Positions 13,810 through 23,761 are shown, counted from the first letter of the stretch. The stretch is DNA of 64,000 bases from Gemmatimonadales bacterium (GCA_038321865.1 JBBQFH010000015.1:1-64000), one strand, 5' to 3'. Notes: generated by a model from the sequence alone, not told the origin. Program-made: numbers and translations.

Positions 13810-16551
13810 TCAGTTGCCGCGCTGGCCCGTTCGTGCCCGCAGGTCGTTGAACCAGTTCTCCACGACCGTCACCGGCGCGTCGGCACCGGCCGAGTGCAGC
13901 TGGCGCGCCATCAGGAAGTGCTGGCCGTCGGGCATCAGCGCATATGGCGTGTAGTTCTCGGTCGGGCTGAGGTAGAGCGCAGCGTCGAGCTTGAACAACG
14001 TATGCCGCTCGCCGGTGGCGAACACGGCTCCGGGCAACACCGGCACCGAGATCATCTCGCGCGCCCCGTTGACGAACACGAGCTCGCGTCCGCCGGGCCC
14101 CCATAGCGGCGCCTGCCCCCCGCTGGTCGAGATCTGCCATTTCCCCGCGTCCACCGCGGGGAACGGCCGCACGTAGACCTCCACCTGGCCCGTCTCATTT
14201 GACTCATAGGCGATGAAGCGGCCGTCCGGCGAGAGCGCCGGCGCCGATTCATCGAACTCGGTGCTCACGAGCAGCGGGACCGACGCGGTGTCCACGCCGA
14301 GCCGGATGCCGCGGATGTCACGCCCGCCCACCTGGTTGATGACGCCGCCGGTCCGGAACACCAGCCACATGCCATCCCGGCTCCACGTGGCTTCATACAA
14401 GCCGAGGTCGATGTTGAGCAGGAGCGAATCGTGCCCGGTGCCATCGGCCAGCCGCGAATAGAGCCGCGCGCCGGGGATGCCGTGGATCGGCGCGCCCCGA
14501 ATGGACACGTACATCACCGACCGACCATCGGGCATCCACCGGGGCCGGAAGTCCGCCGCGGTGTCGAACGAGACGCGCGAGAGCGCGCCTCGGGGCAGAT
14601 GCTTGACCCAGATATCATCGCCTGAGCCGGTCGCGAGCCCGATCGCGACGCGCTCGCCGTCCGGCGACACCGACCACCCGGCGTTGTTCCCGAACGCGGC
14701 CATCCGGAACGTCCAGTCCGGATCCACCAGCACCGCGGTGCCGGCCCGATCGACCAGGACCATCTGGTACTGCTCCCCCGCCGACATCGCGCCGGAGCGG
14801 AGGATCAGCGTGCCGGTCCGCGAGATGGAGTAATACGGCAGCACGCCGATGCCGCTCATGACGCTGTCCAGCACCGGAACCGCCGAGCCGTGCAGCGTCG
14901 CCGAGCCGGGATCGAATCGCACGGCGAGCATCGCGCCGTCCCGCCGCAGGTAGACCAGATGCCCGGTGGCGACATAGTCACCGCTGACCACCCCCTGAAC
15001 CAGCGGCTTCGCGCGGTGGGTCTTGAGATCGAGCGCCCAGAGATCCTGCGTCAGCCCGCAGACCCCGCCTCGACAGTTGGTGAACAGGAGCATCCGGGAG
15101 CCCGGCAGCGCTCGCGGCAACACCGCCGGCACCGAATCGCCGCGATGCACGATTTCCGACGGACCGCCGTTCTCGTTGACCCGGCGGAGATTCCGGGTCA
15201 CCAGCTGGGAATAGACCAGCGAGTGATCGTCGAGCCAGGCGACGCCGGCCGTGGCGGCCGCGGAGTCGCCGATCGCGATCGCGGTGCCGCCCCCGAGCGA
15301 GAGCTTCCGAAGCTGGCCGCCGGAGGCGAAGGCGATCCACTCGCCGTCGGGCGAGAAGGTGAACACCCGGACGCCGACGGTGCCCGGTATCGGCACCGCG
15401 CCGACCCGGTCATGCTCCTTGAGCCAGAGCTGGGGCGCATTGGTGCTGGCGGGGCCCGGGCCGACATAGACGATCCGGCGCCCGTCGGGCGAGATCAGCG
15501 CCATCTCGCGCACCGCCTGCGACTCCGGCAACCCGAGCGCGAACCGCTGGAGCAGTGCAGCGGGACGGGGGCGAAGCCCGAGCCAGAGGGCGGTCATGCC
15601 GAGCAGCAGCGCCAGGCCGCCGAGCGGAAGGGCGAGCCACGCACGGAGGCTGCTGAGGCGTTGCGCTGCGCGACCGGTGGCCACAGTCGCTCGCGTCGCC
15701 ACCGCACTGGTATCGCCCAGCGCCGTGGCGAACTCCGCGGCGGTCGCGTAGCGGTCGGCGGGCAGCTTCTCCAGCGCGGTCAGCACGGCCACCTCGACGT
15801 GGGGCGGGATGCTCCGCCGCTGCGGCACCATGGGACGCGGCGTCTCGGTCACCACCCGGGCGACGATCGCCTGCGCGGAGGAGCCGGTGAACGGCGGGTC
15901 CCCCGTCAGCATCTCGTAAGTGATGCAGCCCAGTGCGTAGACGTCGGAGCGCGCCGTGATCTCGCGCTCCCCCATCGCCTGCTCGGGACTCATGTAGTGC
16001 GGCGTGCCGAGACTCATCCCGGTCTCGGTCATCCGGCTGCCGCCCGCCTTGCTGGCGGCGAGCGCGATGCCGAAGTCGGCCACCAGCGCCGACCCGTCGT
16101 GGAGGAGGATGTTCTCCGGCTTGATGTCCCGGTGGATCACCCCGTGGCGATGGGCGTACCCCAGCGCCGACGCCACCTCCGACGCGATGCGCATCGCATC
16201 GGGGACCGGCAGCTGCTTCTCGCGGCTGAGCCGGTCGCGGAGACTCTCACCCTCGATGTAGGGCATGACGTAGAAGAGGAAGCCGTCCGCCTCGCCCGAG
16301 TCGTGCAGCGGCAGGATGTGCGGGTGCTGGAGATTGGCCGTGGTCCGGATCTCGGCCAGGAACCGCTCGGCGCCGATCACGGCCGCGAGCTCGGGCCGGA
16401 GCACCTTGATGGCCACCTGCCGTCGGTGCTTGAGATCCTCGGCGAGGTAGACCGTGGCCATGCCACCGGCCCCGAGCTCGCGCTCGAGGCGATAGCGGTC
16501 GGCGAGGGCGGCCGAGAGCCGGTCAGGAACCGTTATGTCGCGGGAATCCAC
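13810..16551 (-). CDS. K6: Ser/Thr kinase-TM-beta-propeller
   Basis: 913-aa ORF; kinase motifs; ALSPDGRFIAYESNETGQVEVYVRPFP propeller tail. Confidence 0.93.
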   Translation of the reverse strand: MDSRDITVPDRLSAALADRYRLERELGAGGMATVYLAEDLKHRRQVAIKVLRPELAAVIGAERFLAEIRTTANLQHPHILPLHDSGEADGFLFYVMPYIEGESLRDRLSREKQLPVPDAMRIASEVASALGYAHRHGVIHRDIKPENILLHDGSALVADFGIALAASKAGGSRMTETGMSLGTPHYMSPEQAMGEREITARSDVYALGCITYEMLTGDPPFTGSSAQAIVARVVTETPRPMVPQRRSIPPHVEVAVLTALEKLPADRYATAAEFATALGDTSAVATRATVATGRAAQRLSSLRAWLALPLGGLALLLGMTALWLGLRPRPAALLQRFALGLPESQAVREMALISPDGRRIVYVGPGPASTNAPQLWLKEHDRVGAVPIPGTVGVRVFTFSPDGEWIAFASGGQLRKLSLGGGTAIAIGDSAAATAGVAWLDDHSLVYSQLVTRNLRRVNENGGPSEIVHRGDSVPAVLPRALPGSRMLLFTNCRGGVCGLTQDLWALDLKTHRAKPLVQGVVSGDYVATGHLVYLRRDGAMLAVRFDPGSATLHGSAVPVLDSVMSGIGVLPYYSISRTGTLILRSGAMSAGEQYQMVLVDRAGTAVLVDPDWTFRMAAFGNNAGWSVSPDGERVAIGLATGSGDDIWVKHLPRGALSRVSFDTAADFRPRWMPDGRSVMYVSIRGAPIHGIPGARLYSRLADGTGHDSLLLNIDLGLYEATWSRDGMWLVFRTGGVINQVGGRDIRGIRLGVDTASVPLLVSTEFDESAPALSPDGRFIAYESNETGQVEVYVRPFPAVDAGKWQISTSGGQAPLWGPGGRELVFVNGAREMISVPVLPGAVFATGERHTLFKLDAALYLSPTENYTPYALMPDGQHFLMARQLHSAGADAPVTVVENWFNDLRARTGQRGN

Positions 16552-16596
16552 GCAGTGAGTCTAGCGCGCAACGGGCGAGCGCGTCAGGGGCGCCGA

Positions 16597-17061
16597 TCAG
16601 CCGAGGTCGGGCTGCCTGTCCCAGTACGCCAGCACTTGCCGCGCCAGATCCAGTGCGCTGATCTGATCGCCGAACGCCGCCGCCGTCTCGCCGGTGAGGT
16701 CGACCGTCAGCCGCCCCCGGCCGAAGTGCCACCCGAAGTAGGCGCCGAGGTAGTTGGCGAAGTAGCCGCCCCGGCGGGTGGCGTCGCCGCTCCGCCCCCG
16801 GCGCTCGTGCACCCGGAGCACCTTCACTCCGCGCGCGAGCTCCGACGTGAGCGCGACCAGCGGGAGGCTCCTGGTCGCGGCGCGGGCACCGGCATCATCG
16901 GGAAAGCGCCAGTCGACCATCCGGTCGGCGGTCAAGAAGAAGTTGAAGGCGACGTCCGCGTCGCCGGGATCGGTGCCGAGCCTGCTGTAGTCGCGCCGGA
17001 GCTTCTCGCGGAGGTCGGTCGCCGATTTCATCGCGCAAAACCCGTCGTCTGCGTCACGCAT
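16597..17061 (-). CDS. Hypothetical helical protein (possibly degenerate HEPN-like)
   Basis: 154-aa ORF filling the gap between K6 and K7; AFNFFLTADRMVDW motif. Confidence 0.55.
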   Translation of the reverse strand: MRDADDGFCAMKSATDLREKLRRDYSRLGTDPGDADVAFNFFLTADRMVDWRFPDDAGARAATRSLPLVALTSELARGVKVLRVHERRGRSGDATRRGGYFANYLGAYFGWHFGRGRLTVDLTGETAAAFGDQISALDLARQVLAYWDRQPDLG

Positions 17062-19320
17062 CCGCTGCCCCGCTCTCGCCTGTGGTTGCTGAATCAGTGC
17101 TCCGTCGCCATCACGCTTCGCCGGCCGGGCGCCATCAGTCTACCCTCCGACGCGGCGAAGGGTTAGGGGCGTGCTTCCCAGCGGCCCGGGCCCGCGGTAC
17201 CTTCCCTCCGATTCCCCACACCAAGGACCAAAACCTGTCCGACCCGAGAGCGGCGCTCCAGGCGGGACTGGCCGGCCATTATACCATCGAGCGCGAGCTG
17301 GGCCGCGGCGGCATGGCCACGGTCTATCTCGCGCACGACATCCGGCACGACCGGTCCGTCGCCCTCAAGGTGCTGCACCCCGATCTCGCCCACGCCCTCG
17401 GCCCCGAGCGCTTCCAGCGGGAGATCCGGCTCGCCGCCCGGCTGCAGCATCCGCACATCCTCACCGTCCACGATTCCGGCGAGGCCGCCGGCCAGCTCTG
17501 GTTCACCATGCCCTTCGTCGAGGGCGAATCGCTTCGCGACCGGCTCAACCGCGAGAAGCAGCTCCCGCTCGATGACGCGCTCCGGATCGCGCGCGAGTCG
17601 GCGGAGGCGCTCGACTACGCCCATCGCCATGGCGTGATTCACCGGGACATCAAGCCCGAGAATCTCCTGCTGTCGGAGACGCACGCGCTGGTCGCCGACT
17701 TCGGCATTGCCCGCGCGCTCAGCACCGGCAGCGGCGGCGAGAACCTCACCGAGACGGGTACTTCGATCGGCACGGCGGCGTACATGAGCCCGGAGCAGGC
17801 CGCCGGCGAGCGCGACCTCGACGCCCGCTCCGACATCTACAGCCTGGCGACGGTGCTGTACGAAATGCTGGCCGGCCAGACGCCCTTCACCGCCGCGACG
17901 CCGCAGGCGATGATCGCGCGGCGCTTCACCGAGACGCCCAAGCCGCTCGACCAGGTGCGCGACAGCGTCCCGCCGGCGATCGCGCAGGCAGTACAGAAGG
18001 CGCTCGCGCGCACTCCGGCCGACCGCTTCGCCTCCGCCGGCGACTTCGCGCGCGCCCTTGCTACCGTCGCCGCGGTACCGACGCCGACGCAGCCGCTGGC
18101 GGCCGTCACTGCTGCCCCCGCGCCCGCGCGTCGCCGTACCCCCGTCGCGCTCATCACCCTCGTCATCGGTTTCGCGATCGGGCTCGGCGTCCTCTTCGCC
18201 TGGCGCCGCGATCACGGCAACGACCCCCGCGCCGGCGTGCGCCGGCTCGCCGTCCTTCCCTTCGAGAATCAGGGTGCCGCCAGCGACGACTACTTCGCCG
18301 ACGGGCTGACCGAGGAAGTCCGCGGCAAGCTCACCGCCCTCCCGGGCCTGCAGGTGACGGCGTCCACCAGCTCGAGCCAGTACCGGAAGAGCACCAAGCC
18401 GCTCAGGCAGATCGCCACCGAACTGGGTGTCGACTATCTGCTGGTGGGCAAGGTGCGGTGGGAGAAGCGGGCGGACGGCACCAGCCGGGTCCGCGTCAGT
18501 CCGGAGCTGATCGACGTCGCGACCGGCGCCTCGAAGTGGCAGGAGCCGTTCGACGCCGCGATCACCGATGTCTTCCAGGTGCAGTCGGAGATCGCGGCGC
18601 TGGTGGCGGGCAAGCTCGACGTCGCGCTCACCGACAGCGTGAAGACTCGGCTGGACGCGCAGCCGACGAAAAACGTCGCGGCCTACGACGCGTATCTGCG
18701 GGGTAAAGCCATTACCGCCAACGATCCCGCAGCCTTGCGGGCGGCGGCGGCCGCCTATGAGCAGGCGGTCGCGCTCGATCCGTCGTTCGCACTCGCGTGG
18801 GGTGCGCTTGGCATGAGCTACTCGATACTGTACGTCAACGGGGTTCCATCACCCGCTCTGGCGCGATCGGCGCGCCGCGCGGCGGGACGCGCCATTGCGC
18901 TCGAACCAAACAATGCATCCGGCTACCTGAGCCTTTCGAGTTATTTCCGGAATGTCGACCCCCGGCCGGATTCGGCGCAGGCCGCGCTCGCGACCGTCCT
19001 TCGACTGGATCCGTCCAGTCCTCGCGCGCTTGGAGCACGGAGCGCGCAGGAACAGACCGAGGGACGCTGGGAAGCGGCACTGGCCGATGCGCAAGCGGCG
19101 GTCGATCGTGATCCGCGTGCAGCCAACCGCTGGGTCTTCACAACCAGTCTCCTCTCGCGCCTTGGCCGCTATTCGGAAGCGCGGATCGCGGGTGATCGCG
19201 CGATGCAGCTCGCGCCGACCGACCCGCAGGTGGCCCAGGCACGCATAAGGGTGGATCTGATGGCCGGCGACCTGGCCGCCGCGCGCGCCGTGCTGAAGCG
19301 CTCTCCGGTGGATCCCGTGA

Positions 19321-19329
19321 CGCTCGCGA
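19321..19329 (+). repeat. Target-site duplication, left copy (CGCTCGCGA)
   Basis: Identical 9-mer at 24518-24526 directly outside the other element end. Confidence 0.95.
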
Positions 19330-19369
19330 GGTAGTGGCCCTATTTGATGTAACAGCCAAGCGCCCCCAC

Positions 19370-19399
19370 AAAAAGGCGCTGCGGGCTGCCCGCAGCGCC
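19370..19399 (-). terminator. Intrinsic terminator after the TA operon
   Basis: On the minus strand: GGCGCTGCGGG-cag-CCCGCAGCGCC (11-bp stem) followed by TTTTT. Confidence 0.8.
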
Positions 19400-19421
19400 T
19401 CCATCCGTCCGTTGCCCTCCC

Positions 19422-19730
19422 CTATGCCGCGTTCTTCGCGCTCCCTGCGTCCTCGACAGGCCGGGGGATCATGATGACCTTCACGATTTCGACCCTGTCG
19501 TCGTCGAACCGGTACGCAAGAAGAAGGGCGCCAGGCATACCCCGCCAAAGCTGAGACCGAACCACCCATAACCCATCAGTCCCCGCAATCTCGACGCCCG
19601 ACTTCGGATCCCGAGCAAGCCGCCAAATGAGCCCATCAAACAGATCTCGAAGGCGGAGATGACGCTTGGCCTCGGCGTCGATAAAATCAGACACACCACG
19701 AGCCTCAACGACCCCGCGCGCGAATGCCAT
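19422..19730 (-). CDS. Putative toxin partner of the Panacea antitoxin (possible RelE/ParE-like fold)
   Basis: ATG overlaps the antitoxin stop (TAATG); 102 aa (MAFARGVVEA...LLLAYRFDDDRVEIVKV); size and predicted beta-alpha-alpha-beta pattern resemble RelE/ParE. Confidence 0.6.
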   Translation of the reverse strand: MAFARGVVEARGVSDFIDAEAKRHLRLRDLFDGLIWRLARDPKSGVEIAGTDGLWVVRSQLWRGMPGALLLAYRFDDDRVEIVKVIMIPRPVEDAGSAKNAA

Positions 19731-20260
19731 TAGGCGGCAACCGCACCTTCGCGCGCCCATGCAACGTCCTCGGCCGTCACCTCGCCCAGGGTGACGGCGA
19801 GCATCGCATGGTATGGAATCTCCTCGCCGATTTCAGCGATTTCCCAAATGTCGTCGTGGGTCCGGTCGCTGATTTCCCGTGCGGTGTGCTGGTGACATAC
19901 AAAGTCAATAGCCTTGTCGATCACGCTGATCTCCTGCGCCGAGAAAATCGAGAGTTCCGGCTCCGTCAGCGCAATGAACTCACGCTTCATGTACGTGTCG
20001 TACTGCCGGTCGCGAGTGACGATAGCGCCCTCTGACTCAAGCTCGCCAATGATCGTGAGAATCGTACGAGGCACTGGGCCGTACTGCCGCTTCACGTATG
20101 TTTCACCAGTAATCGGCACGCCGGTGCGGATGTACGACCAGAGGTCAGAGACCCACAGCGCCTTGTTGAGCTTCGTAGCTCCAAGGACAGCGGGGTTCTC
20201 GCACTTCCAGCATACATAATGCGTCAGCGCCTTCAACTTCTTGGCATCTCTCGTGACCAA
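19730..20260 (-). CDS. Panacea (SocA-like, DUF4065) domain antitoxin
   Basis: LGATKLNKALWVSD...PITGETYVKRQYGPVP...SDRTHDDIW motifs; GAGGAGG RBS before TTG. Confidence 0.85.
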   Translation of the reverse strand: MVTRDAKKLKALTHYVCWKCENPAVLGATKLNKALWVSDLWSYIRTGVPITGETYVKRQYGPVPRTILTIIGELESEGAIVTRDRQYDTYMKREFIALTEPELSIFSAQEISVIDKAIDFVCHQHTAREISDRTHDDIWEIAEIGEEIPYHAMLAVTLGEVTAEDVAWAREGAVAA

Positions 20261-20305
20261 CGGATCCTCCTCAGGTCCAGGGACATCCCGGATCTACCCA
20301 ACCAT

Positions 20306-20335
20306 AATGTACACGACCCGAATATTTCCCGTCAA
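20306..20335 (-). promoter_or_regulatory. Putative sigma70 promoter of the TA operon
   Basis: TTGACG-N18-TACATT on the minus strand. Confidence 0.5.
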
Positions 20336-20343
20336 TAACGCAA

Positions 20344-21198
20344 TCACCTGACGGTGCAGGTAGGGTCCATCATGTCGAGCACGTTGTCCCACGTCCACAC
20401 CCGGTTGGTCAGCCCCGCCGCCATTGCGGGCGTCGTCTTGGCCCGCGCCGCCTTGGTGAGCGTGCCGTGCGCCCGGATGAAGTTGTGGGCGAAGAAGGTC
20501 AGGTTCACGGCGAACGCATGGTGCTCGGCCTTCTTCGAGAAGGCATTCGTCAGCCGGGTGAAGCGGCGGCAGTTCTGCCTGGTGTTCAGGTTCAGCCGCT
20601 CGACGTAGGACGTTGAGGCGAGGTCCATGTCGGGCTTCCCGATCCGGCGCTCCTTGAGGATGCCTATGCAGACCGGCGGGCTGTAACGCCGCGCCGGTCC
20701 CTGCTCCCCGCTCTGGCCGAACACCTTCACCAGCTGCGCGTAATCGCAGCGGGCGAAGTCGAAGGCCTTCCGCACACCCTCCAGGTACGCACCCCATCCG
20801 TCCGTCGTCAGCTGCACGCGATTCGTCAGGCGCAGCGCCATATCCGCGACGAACGCATGGGTGTTCGCCGCGCTGCGAGCGCCCACCAGCCAGTTAATCA
20901 CCAGCTTGGAGTCGGCGTCGATGGCGCAAAAGGTCCATATATCGCCGTGCCCGTCCTGCGTAGCGTTCCGGGCCTTCGCGCCGACATAGCTCCACTGCTC
21001 ATCGGCCTCAACGCGGGTCGTGTTCAGGTTCCGCACCCGCAGGTCGCTGTACGCCTCGACGAACTCGCCGACCTCAGCCAACAACCGCAGGACCGTCCCA
21101 CGCGACGCGCTGGTCAGGCGGCTGGTCGCACGGGCCGACATGCCTTCGGTGAGGCACTTGAGGATCATGGCGCGGGTGTTGTTTGGCGTCTTGTTCAT
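20344..21198 (-). CDS. IS1-family DDE transposase (single ORF, N-terminal HTH)
   Basis: EGMSARATSRL HTH; ADEQWSYVGAK; TTDGW; STSYVERLNLNTRQNCRRFTRLTNAFSKK. Confidence 0.92.
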   Translation of the reverse strand: MNKTPNNTRAMILKCLTEGMSARATSRLTSASRGTVLRLLAEVGEFVEAYSDLRVRNLNTTRVEADEQWSYVGAKARNATQDGHGDIWTFCAIDADSKLVINWLVGARSAANTHAFVADMALRLTNRVQLTTDGWGAYLEGVRKAFDFARCDYAQLVKVFGQSGEQGPARRYSPPVCIGILKERRIGKPDMDLASTSYVERLNLNTRQNCRRFTRLTNAFSKKAEHHAFAVNLTFFAHNFIRAHGTLTKAARAKTTPAMAAGLTNRVWTWDNVLDMMDPTCTVR

Positions 21199-21204
21199 AC
21201 CCTA

Positions 21205-21270
21205 AATGTATGCTTGAGCGGTCAAGAAGTCAAGGGAATAAGCAAGCATTACGGCTTGCGAATGCTTGCT
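21205..21270. promoter_or_regulatory. Leaderless transposase promoter with palindromic operator-like sites
   Basis: Minus strand TTGACT-N17-TACATT-N6-ATG; CTTGA-N4-TCAAG in the spacer; perfect inverted repeat AGCAAGCATT-N10-AATGCTTGCT at 21241-21270. Confidence 0.6.
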
Positions 21271-21325
21271 GGTCAAGCTATGCTTGCTACGTCCGAACAG
21301 CAAGCATCTTCCGGGAGGCGGAGCG

Positions 21326-22387
21326 GTGGACGACGAAACCATAGATCCAAGAGTGAAGGGGGGCATCGCGCGGCGTGATGCCCTGTCGCCGGAACGCAGG
21401 CAAGAGATCGGTCGAAAGGGTGCTGAGGCGCGGTGGAATAGCGGGATGCCGCGAGCGACCCACGAGGGCGTAATCGAGATCGGCGCGGCTGAAATCGTCT
21501 GCGCGGTACTGGAAGACGGCCAGCGAGTCCTGACCCAAAGCTCGTTCATGAAGGCTCTTGGCAGGTCCCGCCAGGCCAAAGGACGCCAGTATTTCGCTAG
21601 TGACGCCGATATGCCAGCTTTTCTTACTGCGCACAATCTTAAGCCATTCATTTCCAATGACTTAGCTGTGTCGTCGTCTCAGATCGAATTTCGCCCGCTG
21701 AAGGGTGGTCGGGCGTTCGGCTACTCTGCCGACCTCTTGCCGTTGGTCTGCGAAGTCTTTCTCGACGCCCTGGAGGCGAAGAAGGTCCTCAAGAGCCAGA
21801 TGCACATCGCGGAGCGTGCCAAAATTCTCCATCGCGGCCTGTCGCGCGTCGGCATCGCGGGGCTCGTGGACGAAGCAACCGGCTATCAGGAGGTGCGGGA
21901 TCGGATGGCGCTGCGGGCCATCCTCGACACCTACGTCAGCAAGGAGTTGGCGGCGTGGGAGAAGCGGTTCCCGGATGATTTCTACAGGGAGATGTATCGC
22001 CTTCGCGGATGGGAGTGGAAGTCTGGAACCACAAAACGCACTCACGCCGTAGCGCAGTACACGAAAGACCTCGTGTATATGCGCATCGCGCCGGAGCTGC
22101 TAGCGGCGCTGGAGAAGTTGAATCCGACCGATGAGAAGGGGCATCGCAAGGCCCACCATCACCGCTGGCTTTCCGTCGATGTAGGCCAGCCCGCACTAGC
22201 ACAACACTTCATCGCCCTCTTGGCGCTCATGAAAGCAGCGGACACGTGGGACCAATTCAAGGCGATGGTGAAACGGTCGCTCCCGTACGTCTCGAAGGTC
22301 GATGACCTGCCAATGTTCAGGACTATGAGCGATCCCAACGTGCCAGCGCAGCTTTCTTCGCAATCGCAGAGCGCTCCTTCGACGTGA
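21326..22387 (+). CDS. P63C domain protein
   Basis: GGAGG RBS and GTG start; CAVLEDGQRVLTQ, GIAGLVDEATGYQEVR, WEKRFPDDFY and KAHHHRWLS motifs. Confidence 0.85.
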   Translation: MDDETIDPRVKGGIARRDALSPERRQEIGRKGAEARWNSGMPRATHEGVIEIGAAEIVCAVLEDGQRVLTQSSFMKALGRSRQAKGRQYFASDADMPAFLTAHNLKPFISNDLAVSSSQIEFRPLKGGRAFGYSADLLPLVCEVFLDALEAKKVLKSQMHIAERAKILHRGLSRVGIAGLVDEATGYQEVRDRMALRAILDTYVSKELAAWEKRFPDDFYREMYRLRGWEWKSGTTKRTHAVAQYTKDLVYMRIAPELLAALEKLNPTDEKGHRKAHHHRWLSVDVGQPALAQHFIALLALMKAADTWDQFKAMVKRSLPYVSKVDDLPMFRTMSDPNVPAQLSSQSQSAPST

Positions 22388-22571
22388 GCTTTGCAGCGCG
22401 AGCCCTCCCGCCTTTGAGCCCTCCCAGGCGCCCAAGGGCCACGGCAGCCGGGTTTTTCGCCGGCTCCGGATAGGTCGGATCATCTGGTGGGGTGCCGGTC
22501 AGCCGATCGACAACCCACTTGGCGGCGAGGATCGGGTCGGAGGGCGGTAGCGTGCTTGAGCGCTTGGGCAT
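22323..22571 (-). CDS. Small basic protein (KNPAAVALGRLGGLKGG...ARW type)
   Basis: 82-aa ORF MPKRSS...GGRARAAKLTSKERSAIAKKAALARW; shares its motif with the P63C N-terminus. Confidence 0.75.
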   Translation of the reverse strand: MPKRSSTLPPSDPILAAKWVVDRLTGTPPDDPTYPEPAKNPAAVALGRLGGLKGGRARAAKLTSKERSAIAKKAALARWDRS

Positions 22572-22577
22572 GTCCTG

Positions 22578-22585
22578 AGTATACT
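22578..22585. promoter_or_regulatory. Symmetric -10 element (AGTATACT), putative bidirectional leaderless promoter
   Basis: TATACT reads on both strands, 5 nt before the MTase ATG and 6 nt before the small-protein ATG. Confidence 0.5.
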
Positions 22586-22590
22586 ACGTC

Positions 22591-23757
22591 ATGCCCCGAC
22601 AAGCCAACCCGCTCGCTGATACTCCCCAGCAATTCCCGTTGTGGGAGACTGACGCGAGCGCGGAGGACCCCGATTACCTAGCACGCCAGCTTATCACCTA
22701 CATCGGCAATAAGCGGGCGTTGCTCCGTCACATCGGCACGGCGGTTGACCAGGTGAAACGGCGAACCGGCAAGCGACGCCTTCGGGTGTTCGATGCGTTC
22801 AGCGGGTCGGGAGTCGTCTCGCGGTTCCTCAAGGCTCATGCTTCCTACGTCGCTACCAATGATCTTGAGGACTACGCAGCGGTAGTGGGCAGATGCTACC
22901 TGCGGAACCGCAGTGAGGTAGACGCTCCGCTCCTGGCGCGCCTCGTTCAGGAGATGAACGCCAACGTCGCCACGTCGGCCTTTGCGCCGGGCTTCATCGA
23001 AGAGCTCTACTCTCCCAAAGATGAAGCGAACATCAGGCCCGAGGACCGTGTGTTCTATACGAAGGAGAATGCGCGGCGGCTCGACAACTATCGGCGCATG
23101 ATCGCGGGAGTGCCGAAAGACTTGCACGACATGTTGCTCGCGCCGCTGATCAGCAAGGCTTCCATCCATGCGAACACGGCCGGCGTGTTCAAGGGATTTT
23201 ACAAGAGCCGCGAAACCGGCGCCGGCCACTTCGGCGGGAGCGGATCCGACGCACTCCTGCGAATCCGTGGCGAAATCCAACTTGAGCTGCCGATACTCAG
23301 TCGGTTCGAGTGCGAGTACGAGGTGTTCCAGGAGGACGCGAATACAGCCTTTCGTAAGGTGCGTGACCTCGACCTGACCTACGTCGATCCGCCGTACAAC
23401 CAACACCCGTATGGATCGAATTACTTCATGCTAAACCTGCTGGTGGGGTACCAGCGTCCTGCCGCAATCAGCGCGGTATCTGGCATCCCGACCGACTGGA
23501 AGCGGTCGGGTTACAACGTTCGATCCAAGTCACTTCCCCTACTTCGGCAAATCTTGGAAGGGATCGACTCTCGGTTCCTGCTCATTTCCTTCAACAACGA
23601 AGGATTTATCTCCCCGGAAGCCATGCGAGCGATGCTTGCCGCACTCGGCTCGGTCGAAGTGTTTGAAACGACCTACAACGCGTTCCGTGGAAGCCGCAAC
23701 TTCACAAAGCGGCCCCTACACGTTACCGAACAGCTGTTTCTTGTTGAGCGGAAATAG
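22591..23757 (+). CDS. N6-adenine DNA methyltransferase, D12 class
   Basis: ITYIGNK; DAFSGSGVVS (SAM binding); YVDPPYN (catalytic). Confidence 0.9.
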   Translation: MPRQANPLADTPQQFPLWETDASAEDPDYLARQLITYIGNKRALLRHIGTAVDQVKRRTGKRRLRVFDAFSGSGVVSRFLKAHASYVATNDLEDYAAVVGRCYLRNRSEVDAPLLARLVQEMNANVATSAFAPGFIEELYSPKDEANIRPEDRVFYTKENARRLDNYRRMIAGVPKDLHDMLLAPLISKASIHANTAGVFKGFYKSRETGAGHFGGSGSDALLRIRGEIQLELPILSRFECEYEVFQEDANTAFRKVRDLDLTYVDPPYNQHPYGSNYFMLNLLVGYQRPAAISAVSGIPTDWKRSGYNVRSKSLPLLRQILEGIDSRFLLISFNNEGFISPEAMRAMLAALGSVEVFETTYNAFRGSRNFTKRPLHVTEQLFLVERK

Positions 23758-23761
23758 CGTC

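Noticed and set aside
20294..20797. Second IS1 ORF implying InsA/InsB programmed frameshifting
   Set aside because: HTH and DDE residues all lie in the single 284-aa ORF, and no slippery A run was seen.
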